In this document: positions 63,854 to 64,000 of the stretch, in pieces
Layout: each line of letters starts with the position of its first letter
Position numbering within the stretch: the stretch's first letter is position 1
From: Eledone cirrhosa
Taxonomy: Eukaryota
Length of the DNA stretch: 64,000 bases
NCBI GenBank assembly: GCA_964016885.1
Contig: OZ024759.1
Location: 4,464,001 to 4,528,000 of the forward strand
Reading direction: 5' to 3'
The notes under the pieces: model-generated
The model's database searches: none
The model's input: the letters and a program-made list of their open reading frames with translations, nothing else
What the model was told of the DNA's origin: nothing
Made by a program: the position numbers and the translations under genes

Positions 63854-63991
63854 CTGTCTGACAGTTGCTACCTTCATAACCAGCAGTACATCCTCCTCTA
63901 GAACACACACCTGTCTGTTTGTTACATTTACTGTTGTCAACACAGTGACATGTGTTGCCACAGTTGGCTCCAAATTTTCCATTTCTACAGA
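63854..63991 (-). CDS. Host gene exon, EGF-like repeat (xCRNGKFGANCGNTCHCVDNSKCNKQTGVCSRGGCTAGYEGSNCQT)
   Basis: Acceptor tttccacag, donor gtaagc; 138 bp, phase 1-1, open frame; 8-Cys spacing C..G.FG.NC...CHC.....C....G.C..G.C..GY.G..CQ typical of MEGF10/SCARF-type repeats. Confidence 0.9.
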
Positions 63992-64000
63992 CTGTGGAAA

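Overview
Eukaryotic, AT-rich, repeat-saturated DNA. The SINE families and the [11 protein letters not shown]-type C2H2 zinc fingers point to a coleoid cephalopod, probably an octopod (inference). The whole window lies inside a minus-strand host gene whose 5' and 3' ends are outside the window. It has seven 138-bp phase-1 exons, each encoding one 8-Cys MEGF10/SCARF-type EGF repeat, then an intron of about 44 kb, a probable 150-bp exon, an eighth EGF exon and the first half of a divergent F-type lectin (fucolectin) domain. The introns hold decayed RTE LINEs, a Penelope-like GIY-YIG fragment, a Gypsy element with a tRNA-Trp primer site, a full-length Helitron with a head-to-tail mini-copy, hAT, piggyBac and Tc1 MITEs, SINEs, an antisense zinc-finger pseudogene, a 5S rRNA fragment and at least eight tandem arrays. 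The ORF track misses the two most notable signals. First, there are six hammerhead-ribozyme motifs from three unrelated families, including a non-coding retrozyme/pLTR-like element and a U3-A8 core variant with a long stem II. Second, two satellites have visible seeds: one born from the gene's own EGF exon and one from a LINE 3' end. All structures were read by eye; no searches or folding were run.
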